Origin: a virus
Reading direction: 5' to 3' (one strand)
Length of the DNA stretch: 50,945 bases
Virus record (IMG/VR): IMGVR_UViG_3300009314_000016
In this document: positions 32,321-41,908 of the stretch, one piece after another
Position numbering within the stretch: the stretch's first letter is position 1
Layout of the letters: every line of letters begins with the position of its first letter
The notes under the pieces: generated by a model
Seen by the model: only the letters and a program-made list of their open reading frames with translations
The model's database searches: none
Told to the model about the DNA's origin: nothing
Translations under genes and position numbers: made by a program

Positions 32321-35300
32321 ATGCTATTTGATAAATATGAACAAAGGGTCCATCAGACGCGGTTAATAGTATACCGCGCTGATGGAACACTGGTTGAAAT
32401 CACTGAATTTGTAAAAAACTGGTCAGTGGATTTAGGTAACACCGCAGGTTTAGGTAATACAGGGGCTGACGGAGTAGTACAGCAGCTAAATTTAGTTTTA
32501 TATAATGATATTTACAATAGTTTAGCTCCTAAGGTTAAAAAAGGTGTCTTAGTTCCTGAAATGATTAGTTTTACAGGTGACGGCGGAAGCTCTTACCCTA
32601 ATTATAAAACTGACATACTACCTAGAACAGTAGCTTTACAGGATATATATAAAACAGTAGCTTTTAATAGTTACTCTACTTTTTCTGATTTTTCAACCTT
32701 CGGTGAAGTTTTAGCAGAGGCTACGAACGACGCAGATTTTGATATAAGATTAAGCTCAGATAAATCTAACTTTTTAACTAGTAGACCTATCGATACAAGA
32801 GATACCGTTTTAGTGGGTTATTCGAGATGGGATATCACTCAGCTTAATAGTTGGAACTGGCATAATGGAGTTTACGAACCATTGTTAAAAGATGATGCTA
32901 AGATAGAATTTTATCTTAGTGTAGAGAATATAGGCGAAGATACTCAACTTATAGTTAGTGACGGTAGTTTACGTTACTCAGTGACGACTAGTGATAGTAT
33001 TTTACCTAGAACTCCTGCAGTTATAGAGCATATAGCGGTAGATCCTTTAGAAAATAACACACATTTTCCGGATGTTTTATATGATGTAGATACTAATGAA
33101 TGGGTTTTCACTTCTAACATAGACCCTGGAGAGAGCTACCTGATAGGTTTTTCCTCTTTTACTCAAGAACCTGAGTTACTTTTTTCAGGTTATTTAGGTG
33201 ATGATATAAACTTATCTACTGATAACTTAGAAATAAGTATATCGTGCAGAGACAAGAGTAAAATATTGATGGAAACATATTTAGAGGGTGATGACTATGC
33301 TTTAAGAAGTTACCCTTCTGCTGATATAAACGTAGTTACTTTCATACAAAATAGTTTAGATGATACCTTAGGTACAGGTCTAGTGGTTTTCAAAAACCCT
33401 GACGGAATATCTTATGATATAAAGTTAGCTGCTGATATCTACATAGGTAGATCACTTCATGATATGATACAGCAGCAGATAAGTCTTAAAGGAGACTGGG
33501 CGGGTTACGAATACAATGAGACTACAAATGATTTTGAACTAACCGGTAGAATTATCCCCCGAGATAACACAGACACATCTTTTGAGATAGATTATTCTAC
33601 TGACATGTATCTTATGAGTCAAAAGTATTCTTCTCTGACTAAGTACAATGTTATAAATGTTTTGTATTACGAAGATAATGGAACAGGTGAAGCAGAATTA
33701 AAAAGAGTAAAATATCCGGAAGATACTTCGGGTATAGTAGGAAGAATTAGGCCCGGGGTCGTACCAGCTGAGGAGACTATGGGTATAAATACCCCTGAGT
33801 TAGCTCTAGATATGGCACAAAAAATATGGAAAGATCTACAGAGGGTGAAAGACGGTACAAAAGTAGTGACGCCTTTGTTTTTTAAAAACCCGGATACAGG
33901 TGATAGATTAAGACTGTTTGATAGGTTTACTATTAATAATCCTTATATAACTGACGGAGCTGAATTTTATTCAATTAATTCTATCCGGTATTCTGGTAAC
34001 AATGAGACTTTGGAATTTAACACTGAAATAGGGGCTGACGTAGATTCAGTAGTAGGAGGGATCTATAAATGGCAAGGTTCAGTTATAAGGCCAGGATCTT
34101 ACAGACAAATAACAGCCCGGAAATTAAATAATATACAGAGGTTACCGAAAGTAACTAATCTTACAGTTACTTCTACAGGTTTAACAGCTCAGAATCTAGC
34201 CCCTAGGGCCTTCGCTGTACTTGAGTGGGAAAGACCTGACGGTGAATATCCATACGAGTATGGTTTAGAGGTCACAGAGACCTCTGATACGGAATATGCA
34301 GATGCTGAGTACTACAGCGTGAAGGCTAAAACGGTTTCTGGTGCTGAAGTTAGTAATAGAAAAGTAATTTTAGACCCTCAAAAAAGTTACATATGGCAGG
34401 TAACCGCTATTAGTATAGAAAATCTAAAAGGGGAGGTGAGCGATGAAGGCACAATCAGTCAAATTGGTGATAGTACTATACCTGACCCTCCTAGTAGCCT
34501 GTCAGTAATAGGCCTGAATGAAAGTTTACAAGTAGACTTCGATCCTGGGCCAGACGCAGACATATTAGGTTACGTAATATATGCTAGAAAAGATAATCCG
34601 CCTGTGCCAGATAGCTCTTTTGGCGCAAAAGATGGTACGTATGACAAAAGAAAGCAAACGGGGTCTTTAACTACGGTCTTATCAGGCCTAGGTACAGATC
34701 CTGGGGTTTACTATGTAGGGGTGTCTAGCTACGATACTAGTGGAAATGAAAGTATAATGACCTCTGCGGTTAGTATAGAGATATCACCAAAGTTAGTTTT
34801 AAGAACGCAGCAGCAGGTAGATAGCTGGTTAGCAGAAGTAGTAAGTGCTACCGCAGTAATTCCTGATTATGAAACAGCACACGTTTGGGCTGGAGATTAT
34901 AATCTAGGATCTGCTGTCAGTAAACTGGATAACCCTATAAATATATCTAAAAAGAAGTTCAGACTGATAGGTATCGGGGATGTAAAATTTAACGTTTACA
35001 GCGAAAAAGCTGACTTAATAGTGATGAATTCTAATGATTTTATACTTGACAATATAGATGTAGATATGATAGATGTAGATGAACCTGTAATAAACGTAGT
35101 AACTGTCAAGGGTTATGATTCTTCCGTAGGACGTTACGAAATAAGAAACTGTAATATCTTTGGTACTAATAAACCTACAACCTTGTTTTCTCATGGCATA
35201 GACCCAGTGGATCTGACTAACAAAGATGTTAGAATAAAGAACTGTTATATTGACGGATCTGATGCAGCTGTATATATCTATAATACTTTTCGAAAAATAG

Positions 35301-35971
35301 TTATAGACAATTTGGATATAAATATGTATTCTAGTAAGTACATATCTATGCAATTTTTTGCGGCTAAATCTAAAAATCTAGATATAAAGAACTGTAGATT
35401 AACTAATGGGTATATCTGGATTAATGGCGCTGATAATACTCGTATAAACAATAACGATTTCGTTTATAATACAGACATATCCACCCTGTTTACAGAACTT
35501 ATAAGAGTAGTCGGAGCAGATGTATTAGACAATTTCGAGGCTAGCGGTAATACCATTAGCTATGATCCAGGATCTATAACCAATGGATTAACGTTTATTA
35601 GTCCGTTCCAAGTAGGTACAGCAGTGACTATCACCAATAATAAGGTGAAAGGTTTGATTTTATCTAGTTACAATATTATAGAAAGATGGACGTATGATTC
35701 ATTGTTAGGCGGGTCTGACGTAATAACCGTAGCAGGTACCACTGTAACTGGTGTAGGTACTACATTCTTAGCTACTTATAACATAGGAGATACTGTATTA
35801 CTTACCACAGGTGGTGTAGCTCCTTACGCTACTAGGAAGGTTAGAAACATATTAAGTAATACTAATATAGAATTAGATTTCGCAGTTACTATAGCAGCTA
35901 CTACAATGATATCTTTCAGCCCTGAATTGACAGTTAACAATAATTCAGTATCTAAGTATCAGGAGAACTAA
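32321..35971 (+). CDS. Large tail tip / tailspike-like protein with FN3-like domains and a C-terminal parallel beta-helix
   Basis: 1216 aa. PDPPSSLSVIGLNESLQVDFDPGPDADILGYVIY is FN3-like. Repeated NC.I/IKNC...DG/N turns (IRNCNIFG, IKNCYIDG, IKNCRLTNG) are typical of pectate-lyase-fold repeats. Confidence 0.7.
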   Translation: MLFDKYEQRVHQTRLIVYRADGTLVEITEFVKNWSVDLGNTAGLGNTGADGVVQQLNLVLYNDIYNSLAPKVKKGVLVPEMISFTGDGGSSYPNYKTDILPRTVALQDIYKTVAFNSYSTFSDFSTFGEVLAEATNDADFDIRLSSDKSNFLTSRPIDTRDTVLVGYSRWDITQLNSWNWHNGVYEPLLKDDAKIEFYLSVENIGEDTQLIVSDGSLRYSVTTSDSILPRTPAVIEHIAVDPLENNTHFPDVLYDVDTNEWVFTSNIDPGESYLIGFSSFTQEPELLFSGYLGDDINLSTDNLEISISCRDKSKILMETYLEGDDYALRSYPSADINVVTFIQNSLDDTLGTGLVVFKNPDGISYDIKLAADIYIGRSLHDMIQQQISLKGDWAGYEYNETTNDFELTGRIIPRDNTDTSFEIDYSTDMYLMSQKYSSLTKYNVINVLYYEDNGTGEAELKRVKYPEDTSGIVGRIRPGVVPAEETMGINTPELALDMAQKIWKDLQRVKDGTKVVTPLFFKNPDTGDRLRLFDRFTINNPYITDGAEFYSINSIRYSGNNETLEFNTEIGADVDSVVGGIYKWQGSVIRPGSYRQITARKLNNIQRLPKVTNLTVTSTGLTAQNLAPRAFAVLEWERPDGEYPYEYGLEVTETSDTEYADAEYYSVKAKTVSGAEVSNRKVILDPQKSYIWQVTAISIENLKGEVSDEGTISQIGDSTIPDPPSSLSVIGLNESLQVDFDPGPDADILGYVIYARKDNPPVPDSSFGAKDGTYDKRKQTGSLTTVLSGLGTDPGVYYVGVSSYDTSGNESIMTSAVSIEISPKLVLRTQQQVDSWLAEVVSATAVIPDYETAHVWAGDYNLGSAVSKLDNPINISKKKFRLIGIGDVKFNVYSEKADLIVMNSNDFILDNIDVDMIDVDEPVINVVTVKGYDSSVGRYEIRNCNIFGTNKPTTLFSHGIDPVDLTNKDVRIKNCYIDGSDAAVYIYNTFRKIVIDNLDINMYSSKYISMQFFAAKSKNLDIKNCRLTNGYIWINGADNTRINNNDFVYNTDISTLFTELIRVVGADVLDNFEASGNTISYDPGSITNGLTFISPFQVGTAVTITNNKVKGLILSSYNIIERWTYDSLLGGSDVITVAGTTVTGVGTTFLATYNIGDTVLLTTGGVAPYATRKVRNILSNTNIELDFAVTIAATTMISFSPELTVNNNSVSKYQEN

Positions 35972-35986
35972 AGGGGTGATGAACAT

Positions 35987-36523
35987 ATGAATGCGGAAAT
36001 GATGCAAGCCCCTTTAGGTGCTTTAGGGATTTTTGCAGTAATGACTATAATAAAGCAATTGTTTGATTATTTTAAAAAGGATAAGGCATCTGACAATGCT
36101 ATACTAGAGAAGGTGCTAGACGAAATATCTAAAAGCAATAAAAGCGAAAGTAAGTTAGTAGGTGAGCTGATGCGATCTAATGTAAACAATGTGAACGCTT
36201 TGTCCAGTAAGATAGACAAACTGGTGGGGACTATACAAGAAAATAACGTAGTTTTGGCCCAAATGGTGGTTAAAGAAGATCAAACTAAAACACTGCTAAT
36301 GCAGGGTTTTGCTGATACTAAATCCAGCTTATTACATATTACAGAAAAATGGGATAAAAACATTTCAAAAATACATGACAGGTTAGATAATGTAGCTGAG
36401 AAAGACCGCTTCGATCAGGTTATTGAAAATATACAGTATATTAAGGTGGCTATGGAAGAATGCCGGGCTAACTCATTAGATAAAGTTAGTCAGGAGGATA
36501 TAGACAGAATCGTTAAGGGTTAA
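35987..36523 (+). CDS. Membrane-anchored coiled-coil protein (holin/XhlA-like lysis candidate)
   Basis: Single N-terminal hydrophobic helix APLGALGIFAVMTIIKQLF. Immediately upstream of the endolysin. Confidence 0.4.
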   Translation: MNAEMMQAPLGALGIFAVMTIIKQLFDYFKKDKASDNAILEKVLDEISKSNKSESKLVGELMRSNVNNVNALSSKIDKLVGTIQENNVVLAQMVVKEDQTKTLLMQGFADTKSSLLHITEKWDKNISKIHDRLDNVAEKDRFDQVIENIQYIKVAMEECRANSLDKVSQEDIDRIVKG

Positions 36524-36537
36524 TAAGGGGGTTTCAT

Positions 36538-37137
36538 ATGTCATTCGAATTGGCTTTTCAGAAAACTATTATGGAGCATGAGGGCGGCTCTAAAGTAACA
36601 GATTATAAATACGACGGTCACATAACTAAGTATGGAATAACTCAATACTTGTTAGATAGTTATAAAATAAATAGATCTGTAAAAGATTTTACAAAACATG
36701 ACGCTAAAAATTTTTATAAGGAATTTTTCTGGACTAAACTTAGATGTTATCGAATAATAAATTTTAACATAGCTTACTCCTTGTTTGACTTCGCGGTTAA
36801 CCAAGGTCACAAAACAGCTGTGAAAAGAATTCAAGAATCTGTTAACGAGTTTAAGAAAAGAAATGTATTAAAAGTAGACGGCATTATAGGTCACAATACT
36901 GAAAAAGCTATAAACGATATAATAGATTATACTGGATTTTGTAAAATATATTCTAAATATAAGTTATATGAATACAATAAAGATTTAACTAATAGATTAC
37001 TTAACAAAATAGATTCTATTATGTCTAATGACTTATTAAATAATAATGAAAAACAGGTTATGCTAGAAAAAAACACTAAAAAATGGTTTAATATACACAT
37101 AGGTTGGATAAACAGGACCTACGACACTATATGCTGA
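36538..37137 (+). CDS. Endolysin, GH108-type lysozyme with PG_binding_3-like C-terminal region
   Basis: MEHEGGSKVTDYKYDGHITKYGIT matches the GH108 EGG...D.GG.T.yGI signature. LKVDGIIGHNTEKAIN resembles PG_binding_3. Confidence 0.75.
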   Translation: MSFELAFQKTIMEHEGGSKVTDYKYDGHITKYGITQYLLDSYKINRSVKDFTKHDAKNFYKEFFWTKLRCYRIINFNIAYSLFDFAVNQGHKTAVKRIQESVNEFKKRNVLKVDGIIGHNTEKAINDIIDYTGFCKIYSKYKLYEYNKDLTNRLLNKIDSIMSNDLLNNNEKQVMLEKNTKKWFNIHIGWINRTYDTIC

Positions 37138-37151
37138 AAGGAGGAATTGAA

Positions 37152-37370
37152 ATGAAATTTAAAAAATTATTAAAAGGTGCCAGTACTGTATGGGAATTAT
37201 CCAGAACTACTCTAGATAAAAAGAAAATAGTATCCTATGTAAAAGGAGTAAACCCTTTGTATGTACCTTTTGTGGAAAAGATTTTGAACGATGTAGATGA
37301 AAACAGCGACGGTAAATTGTCAATGATAGAAATAGCCAAATATTTAGTAGAAAAATTTAAAAAAGACTAG
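37152..37370 (+). CDS. 73-aa protein with one canonical EF-hand Ca-binding loop
   Basis: Track ORF 37104-37370. Start moved to ATG 37152 after AAGGAGG. Loop DENSDGKLSMIE fits D-x-[DNS]-x-[DNS]-G-x-[ILV]-x-x-x-E. Confidence 0.65.
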   Translation: MKFKKLLKGASTVWELSRTTLDKKKIVSYVKGVNPLYVPFVEKILNDVDENSDGKLSMIEIAKYLVEKFKKD

Positions 37371-37383
37371 GAGGTTTTTCAAT

Positions 37384-37665
37384 ATGAGAGAATTTGACGT
37401 GTACGACCAGGGGGTTAACACTGATGATCCAGCCCCTTTAGATTATTCAGCTGTAAAAAAGAATCTAAAAAAACTATCTCTACAAAATTTTTCTAGTGAT
37501 AAAACGTTCACAGTAGAGATAGTTTGCCATAACGGTGCTACTTTTACATGGAAGTGTACTGAGTCAGCAGGGTTAAATAGTAGAACTTACCCGGATATAG
37601 CTACTTTAACTATAAACAATAGTGGTGGTGCTGAGTATGGGTTCATACTAGAAGAATTAATTTAG
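37384..37665 (+). CDS. Hypothetical protein
   Basis: Track ORF, AGGAGG before the ATG. Confidence 0.65.
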   Translation: MREFDVYDQGVNTDDPAPLDYSAVKKNLKKLSLQNFSSDKTFTVEIVCHNGATFTWKCTESAGLNSRTYPDIATLTINNSGGAEYGFILEELI

Positions 37666-37669
37666 CACT

Positions 37670-37697
37670 ATAGAGCGTAGAAATTTACGCTCTATTT
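37670..37697 (+). terminator. Rho-independent terminator closing the structural/lysis operon
   Basis: tagagcgta-gaaatt-tacgctcta followed by TTTC. Confidence 0.6.
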
Positions 37698-37717
37698 CAA
37701 TTAAAAAGGAGGTTTTT

Positions 37718-39730
37718 ATGGGTAATCCGTTTACAAGTCCTAACATAATACCGGTACCTGATCTTTATGACGCAGCGGTCAAAGGCGAGAATTTAACTAT
37801 CTTTCCGAGTCCTTCAGGTGCTATAGGTATACCTAGTGCAGGTGATTTCGATCCTCAATCATTACCGTTCTCAGCCTGGTATAATATAGAAGAAGCGTCT
37901 ACTGTAGATAATACCACTGATTTAGTAGTACAGGATTTTAGCGGAAAAGCTGACGGTCCTGCCACATTCCTGCAAGCTGATAAGCCTACATATGAGAATG
38001 ACGGTCTAACTTTTAACGGTTCTAGTAACTGGGGTAGCTTACCCGCTAACTGTAAAGGAGCAGCGTTTTATATCGTATATGAAAATATAGGTAACGGATA
38101 TGAGCCTTTCCTGTCAGCGAATGACACCGTGAATTTCAAACAGGTGGACGTGGCTAGAGGTAGTGCTACTGCCTTATCATTAGATGGTACCTGGTTTAAC
38201 GATAATATACAAGGTCGTGGTCTTGTGTCCGGTGGGAAAATGTCCACTGTTGATAATGATCCTACTATAGCTACTTCAGGAGACTATGAAAGAACTGATA
38301 ACGCAAAGTGGATGTATGCTGATTATAGCCTGGATGATTCACCAGCCTACAGTGACTATTTAGACTTTGGTGAGATAGGTCGTCGTTATGGAGGCGCTGG
38401 TGGGCAGTATTTTGAAGGTCATATAAAACAAATAATGATTTTTGAAAGACCCCTGACAGAAACAGAGCTAAGAAATTTAATGTGCTGGTACGAAGAACAA
38501 AGAAACTGGTTATCGGTATGTGTGTTAGGTAGCTCAGTAGCGGTCGGAGTAGCTACCACTAATGGTAATCAAAGTTGGGCATGGCATGCTTACGGTAATA
38601 AATCAGATGTTATTTACAGTAATATAGGTGATCCAGGTAAAGGTACCCAACATTGGATAGATAACGTAGATTTAGCTTTAGAAAGATATGTGCAAACTAT
38701 TCATATGTCACTAGGTTTAGGGAATGACTCAGAAAATACAACTACTTATCTAGCAAATACTGCAATATTATTACAATTGTTAAGCAATAGAAAGGTAGTT
38801 TTATCTAATAATTATTGTAAAAGAGGCGCTGGAAATGATCAAAGAAGATTTGATACCAATAAAACCATGGATATAGATTTTAGTGATCAGTACTTAGTGG
38901 TCAATATGATGGGTCAGTGGGCTACTAACAGTGATGATTTTATAGCAGCTCTGAACAGTAATACTAACCCTACTTATGATGATGACGGTACTCACGGAAA
39001 CGACAATGCTAATATACAAACAGGTAAAACTATAAGTGTAACACAGATTAAAAACTACCAGTACGGAATATTATCCGCTAGTAAGTTACCTAACTCTGTA
39101 GTAAATACATCTAGTTCTTTCTATAAACCTGACGCAACTACACTAAATCCACTATTGGTAACTACTAGAGATTTACCAGCTACGTGTACTGAGTTTAGAC
39201 TAGCTTGTACAAGTGATTTAACCGGTAAAGTATTAGCTAGTTTTAATAATACAGGTTTAACATGGGAGATGTTTTTAGACGCGGATAATATAGTTAAGGT
39301 CACGGATGGTACCGACACTTTCAGTACTAGTATAACTAACTTAACTTTAGATAACAGAAATGTCTACTCTTTCAATCTCAATGACTGGAGGGCTTTAGAT
39401 GTTTGGGTTAATGGAGTTAAAGAAATTACATTTGACTATACATCCCCTGGTAACAAAACGCTTTCAGGTAACAGTAACATAGTTTTGGGTGGTAAATACG
39501 GAGATAACTCCAATGACGCTGTAGACGTTTACGTAGATAACATAATATTACACGCTGCACCTAATGACCCTGATAGGTTAGCTGAATCAGGTGTAGATGG
39601 TTTTATAGTGGCTGCTTCTATGGACTTATATGTAACAGGTGACAATCTAGTTATCGATAACCTAGCACAAAACCCCGATAATATCGCAGTAATCAATGAT
39701 AATAATATAACAATACAAAATCAAGTGTAG
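37718..39730 (+). CDS. LamG/ConA-like - SGNH(GDSL)-like hydrolase - LamG-like multidomain protein
   Basis: GHIKQIMIFERPLTETELRNL is a LamG_3-type end. VCVLGSSVAVG is like SGNH block I and DDDGTHGND like block V. VDVYVDNIILHAAP marks a second LamG-like domain. Confidence 0.6.
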   Translation: MGNPFTSPNIIPVPDLYDAAVKGENLTIFPSPSGAIGIPSAGDFDPQSLPFSAWYNIEEASTVDNTTDLVVQDFSGKADGPATFLQADKPTYENDGLTFNGSSNWGSLPANCKGAAFYIVYENIGNGYEPFLSANDTVNFKQVDVARGSATALSLDGTWFNDNIQGRGLVSGGKMSTVDNDPTIATSGDYERTDNAKWMYADYSLDDSPAYSDYLDFGEIGRRYGGAGGQYFEGHIKQIMIFERPLTETELRNLMCWYEEQRNWLSVCVLGSSVAVGVATTNGNQSWAWHAYGNKSDVIYSNIGDPGKGTQHWIDNVDLALERYVQTIHMSLGLGNDSENTTTYLANTAILLQLLSNRKVVLSNNYCKRGAGNDQRRFDTNKTMDIDFSDQYLVVNMMGQWATNSDDFIAALNSNTNPTYDDDGTHGNDNANIQTGKTISVTQIKNYQYGILSASKLPNSVVNTSSSFYKPDATTLNPLLVTTRDLPATCTEFRLACTSDLTGKVLASFNNTGLTWEMFLDADNIVKVTDGTDTFSTSITNLTLDNRNVYSFNLNDWRALDVWVNGVKEITFDYTSPGNKTLSGNSNIVLGGKYGDNSNDAVDVYVDNIILHAAPNDPDRLAESGVDGFIVAASMDLYVTGDNLVIDNLAQNPDNIAVINDNNITIQNQV

Positions 39731-39739
39731 GAGGAGTTT

Positions 39740-40705
39740 ATGAAAAAACTAATATTATTTTTACTGGTGTCACTAAATGTATTCGCTTACAATATTAATC
39801 AGTATGCACCGAAATCAGGTAGAATACTAAAAGAAGACAATACTATCGTGAATCAGGCTGATATAATGAGAAACATGGAGTATACCACTTTTAAGTTAAG
39901 GGTGGCTACTTTCCAAATACCTGGGTATTCTTGGATAGATAAATTTGGAAAAAATCCAGATTTAGACACCGCAGACCAGCCGGAAGAGATATGGGAACTA
40001 GGCGGCGAGTATCCTTGGGGCAATGACTTAGGTGAGACCTTATATGTGTCTAGTTCAGATGATTTAGATAATCAGGAAATAGAATTCTCTTGCTTAACGA
40101 TTGACGGGAATGGGAATTGGAACAAAGAAACTTTTACGCAGGTGATAAATGGTCAAACAAAGACTGCTTTAATTCCGCCGTCTGGTAACCCTGTCGTAAG
40201 ATGCAATCGTATGGAGAGTTTAGCTAATTTCGGTGATGACATTCTAGGAATAGTTTATGCTTATTACGACACTACGGTTAGCTCAGGTACGCCAGACGAT
40301 ATAACTAAAGTTTTATCTGCTATAGTTAATGGGTCTAACCAAACAAAACAATTAACTTACACGGTGCCTACAGGCTACGTAGGTTTTCTTATGCGGGGAG
40401 AGGCTGGGATAGGCCGAGGTTCTGGTACTGATCAGGTAGATATGGCGTACAAAAGTCGTAGATTTGGTAAGGTTTTTAAAAGCAAAAAAGATTTTACTCT
40501 TATGACCTCGGGTAATTCTACCTATAAGGACGAAAGAATGGTATGGGATCCAGTGCCGTCTAGAACAGATTTGTCTGTACAAAGCACTCTAGTAACTGGC
40601 AATAATATGACTTCGTGGGGCACGTTTGATATATTATTGATAGAAGAGGATTATTTATCGGATGCATTTTTAGCGATTATTGGACAAGTTAAAAGAGTTG
40701 ACTGA
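39740..40705 (+). CDS. Secreted protein of unknown function (Sec signal peptide)
   Basis: MKKLILFLLVSLNVFAYN has an n-region, an h-region and an A-x-x cleavage-like site. AGGAGG before the ATG. Confidence 0.65.
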   Translation: MKKLILFLLVSLNVFAYNINQYAPKSGRILKEDNTIVNQADIMRNMEYTTFKLRVATFQIPGYSWIDKFGKNPDLDTADQPEEIWELGGEYPWGNDLGETLYVSSSDDLDNQEIEFSCLTIDGNGNWNKETFTQVINGQTKTALIPPSGNPVVRCNRMESLANFGDDILGIVYAYYDTTVSSGTPDDITKVLSAIVNGSNQTKQLTYTVPTGYVGFLMRGEAGIGRGSGTDQVDMAYKSRRFGKVFKSKKDFTLMTSGNSTYKDERMVWDPVPSRTDLSVQSTLVTGNNMTSWGTFDILLIEEDYLSDAFLAIIGQVKRVD

Positions 40706-40735
40706 AAAAGGACTCCATAGGAGTCCTTTTTATTT
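40705..40735. terminator. Bidirectional rho-independent terminator between the convergent late and early arms
   Basis: aaaaaggactcc-ata-ggagtccttttt, with an A-run on one side and a T-run on the other. Confidence 0.8.
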
Positions 40736-41148
40736 TATAAACCTCTTCCAGAAGAGTTACATTTACTGTCTTTTCTATCGTTTATTATTTCGGGGACGAA
40801 TTCAGCTCGTATGAAACTTTTTATAACCAGCTGACACAATCTATCACCTTTTTCACATATTATAGAGTGATCTTTTACATTATGGATAAAAACTGAAATC
40901 TCGCCTGTATACCCTGGGTCTATAGGCGGATTACATACTACAATACCATCCAGCAGACAACCTGTTCTGGACCTTAGCTGACCTTCGAAACCATGGGGTA
41001 TTTCTATAGAAATACCTAAAGGAACTACGTTTATACCGGGTTCTAAGATGATGTCCTCAGGTATAGGAATATCAGCCCCTACATCCATATCCTTGCTGTA
41101 CACAGGGGTGTAAGATGATTCTTTAATCTTAGTTATTTTTATTTTCAA
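40735..41148 (-). CDS. dut: dUTP diphosphatase (trimeric dUTPase)
   Basis: VGADI, RSRTG, PIDPGYTGEI and GDRLCQLVI match dUTPase motifs 1-4. TTG start after AGAGGTGA. Confidence 0.85.
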   Translation of the reverse strand: MKIKITKIKESSYTPVYSKDMDVGADIPIPEDIILEPGINVVPLGISIEIPHGFEGQLRSRTGCLLDGIVVCNPPIDPGYTGEISVFIHNVKDHSIICEKGDRLCQLVIKSFIRAEFVPEIINDRKDSKCNSSGRGL

Positions 41149-41159
41149 AATATCACCTC

Positions 41160-41648
41160 TTAAACTTTCGAAACTGTATGAAATGATCTTTTTCTCTGTT
41201 GCAGTTCAAAACCTAGAAGTTCCCATACCTTAGATTCTATTTTGTCTAAACATATTCTGATCCCTAATGCTTCATCATAATTAGCAGGGTCTACGCAGCT
41301 GGATGATTCTACTATTTCAAATCCATTTCTTAACCTAGCTTTTATTATAGTAGTTTTAGGGCCTGACTGTATTTTCTCCCAGCCAGCTATATTATCGATA
41401 ATAGCATCTTTTGTGACTTTGTTAGGTATCTCAGTAACTTTTATGATAGCTACATCATTAGGTTTATGAATTAATTTCATATCTTCATTATAATTATCTA
41501 AATAATATTTCAATTTATTTTTAATAGAATGATTAAAATTAAATATAATTTCAGGAAGTGAATTACCTTTAATTAAAACTTGCACTTCCATATCAGAACC
41601 ATTTTTCAGAATTTTTCCTACCTGTTTTTTAAAAATTTCTTTTCTCAA
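41160..41648 (-). CDS. Gp49-like (N4 gp49 / Sf6 gp66 family) protein
   Basis: C-terminal KARLRNGFEIVESSSCVDPANYDEALGIRICLDKIESKVWELLGF. Track ORF extends to 41693; the TTG at 41648 follows GGAG, so the start is uncertain. Confidence 0.55.
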   Translation of the reverse strand: MRKEIFKKQVGKILKNGSDMEVQVLIKGNSLPEIIFNFNHSIKNKLKYYLDNYNEDMKLIHKPNDVAIIKVTEIPNKVTKDAIIDNIAGWEKIQSGPKTTIIKARLRNGFEIVESSSCVDPANYDEALGIRICLDKIESKVWELLGFELQQRKRSFHTVSKV

Positions 41649-41760
41649 TTTTCTGATTCTCCTTTTTATTATTTTTATCACCATATATAGCATCTGTTAT
41701 TATCTTAGTAATAACTACTGCAGTTAAACATATAGTACATAGTATCGCGTATATTAACAT
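41629..41760 (-). CDS. 43-aa membrane microprotein
   Basis: Hand translation MLIYAILCTICLTAVVITKIITDAIYGDKNNKKENQKIEKRNF. Weak SD (AAAGGG). Confidence 0.45.
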   Translation of the reverse strand: MLIYAILCTICLTAVVITKIITDAIYGDKNNKKENQKIEKRNF

Positions 41761-41768
41761 ATAACCCT

Positions 41769-41897
41769 TTATTTTAACTCTATGAGTAACCCCTGCCCAT
41801 TAATAGTATAAGCAGTGTCGCAACTGAAACAGTAAAAATATGTTCCTTCTATCCCTAGATCTGTACCACATTTAGTGCATAAATCTTTTTTATTCAT
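41769..41897 (-). CDS. 42-aa zinc-ribbon microprotein (CTKC...CFSC)
   Basis: Hand translation MNKKDLCTKCGTDLGIEGTYFYCFSCDTAYTINGQGLLIELK. AGAGGTG before the ATG. Confidence 0.6.
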   Translation of the reverse strand: MNKKDLCTKCGTDLGIEGTYFYCFSCDTAYTINGQGLLIELK

Positions 41898-41908
41898 AAA
41901 CACCTCTT

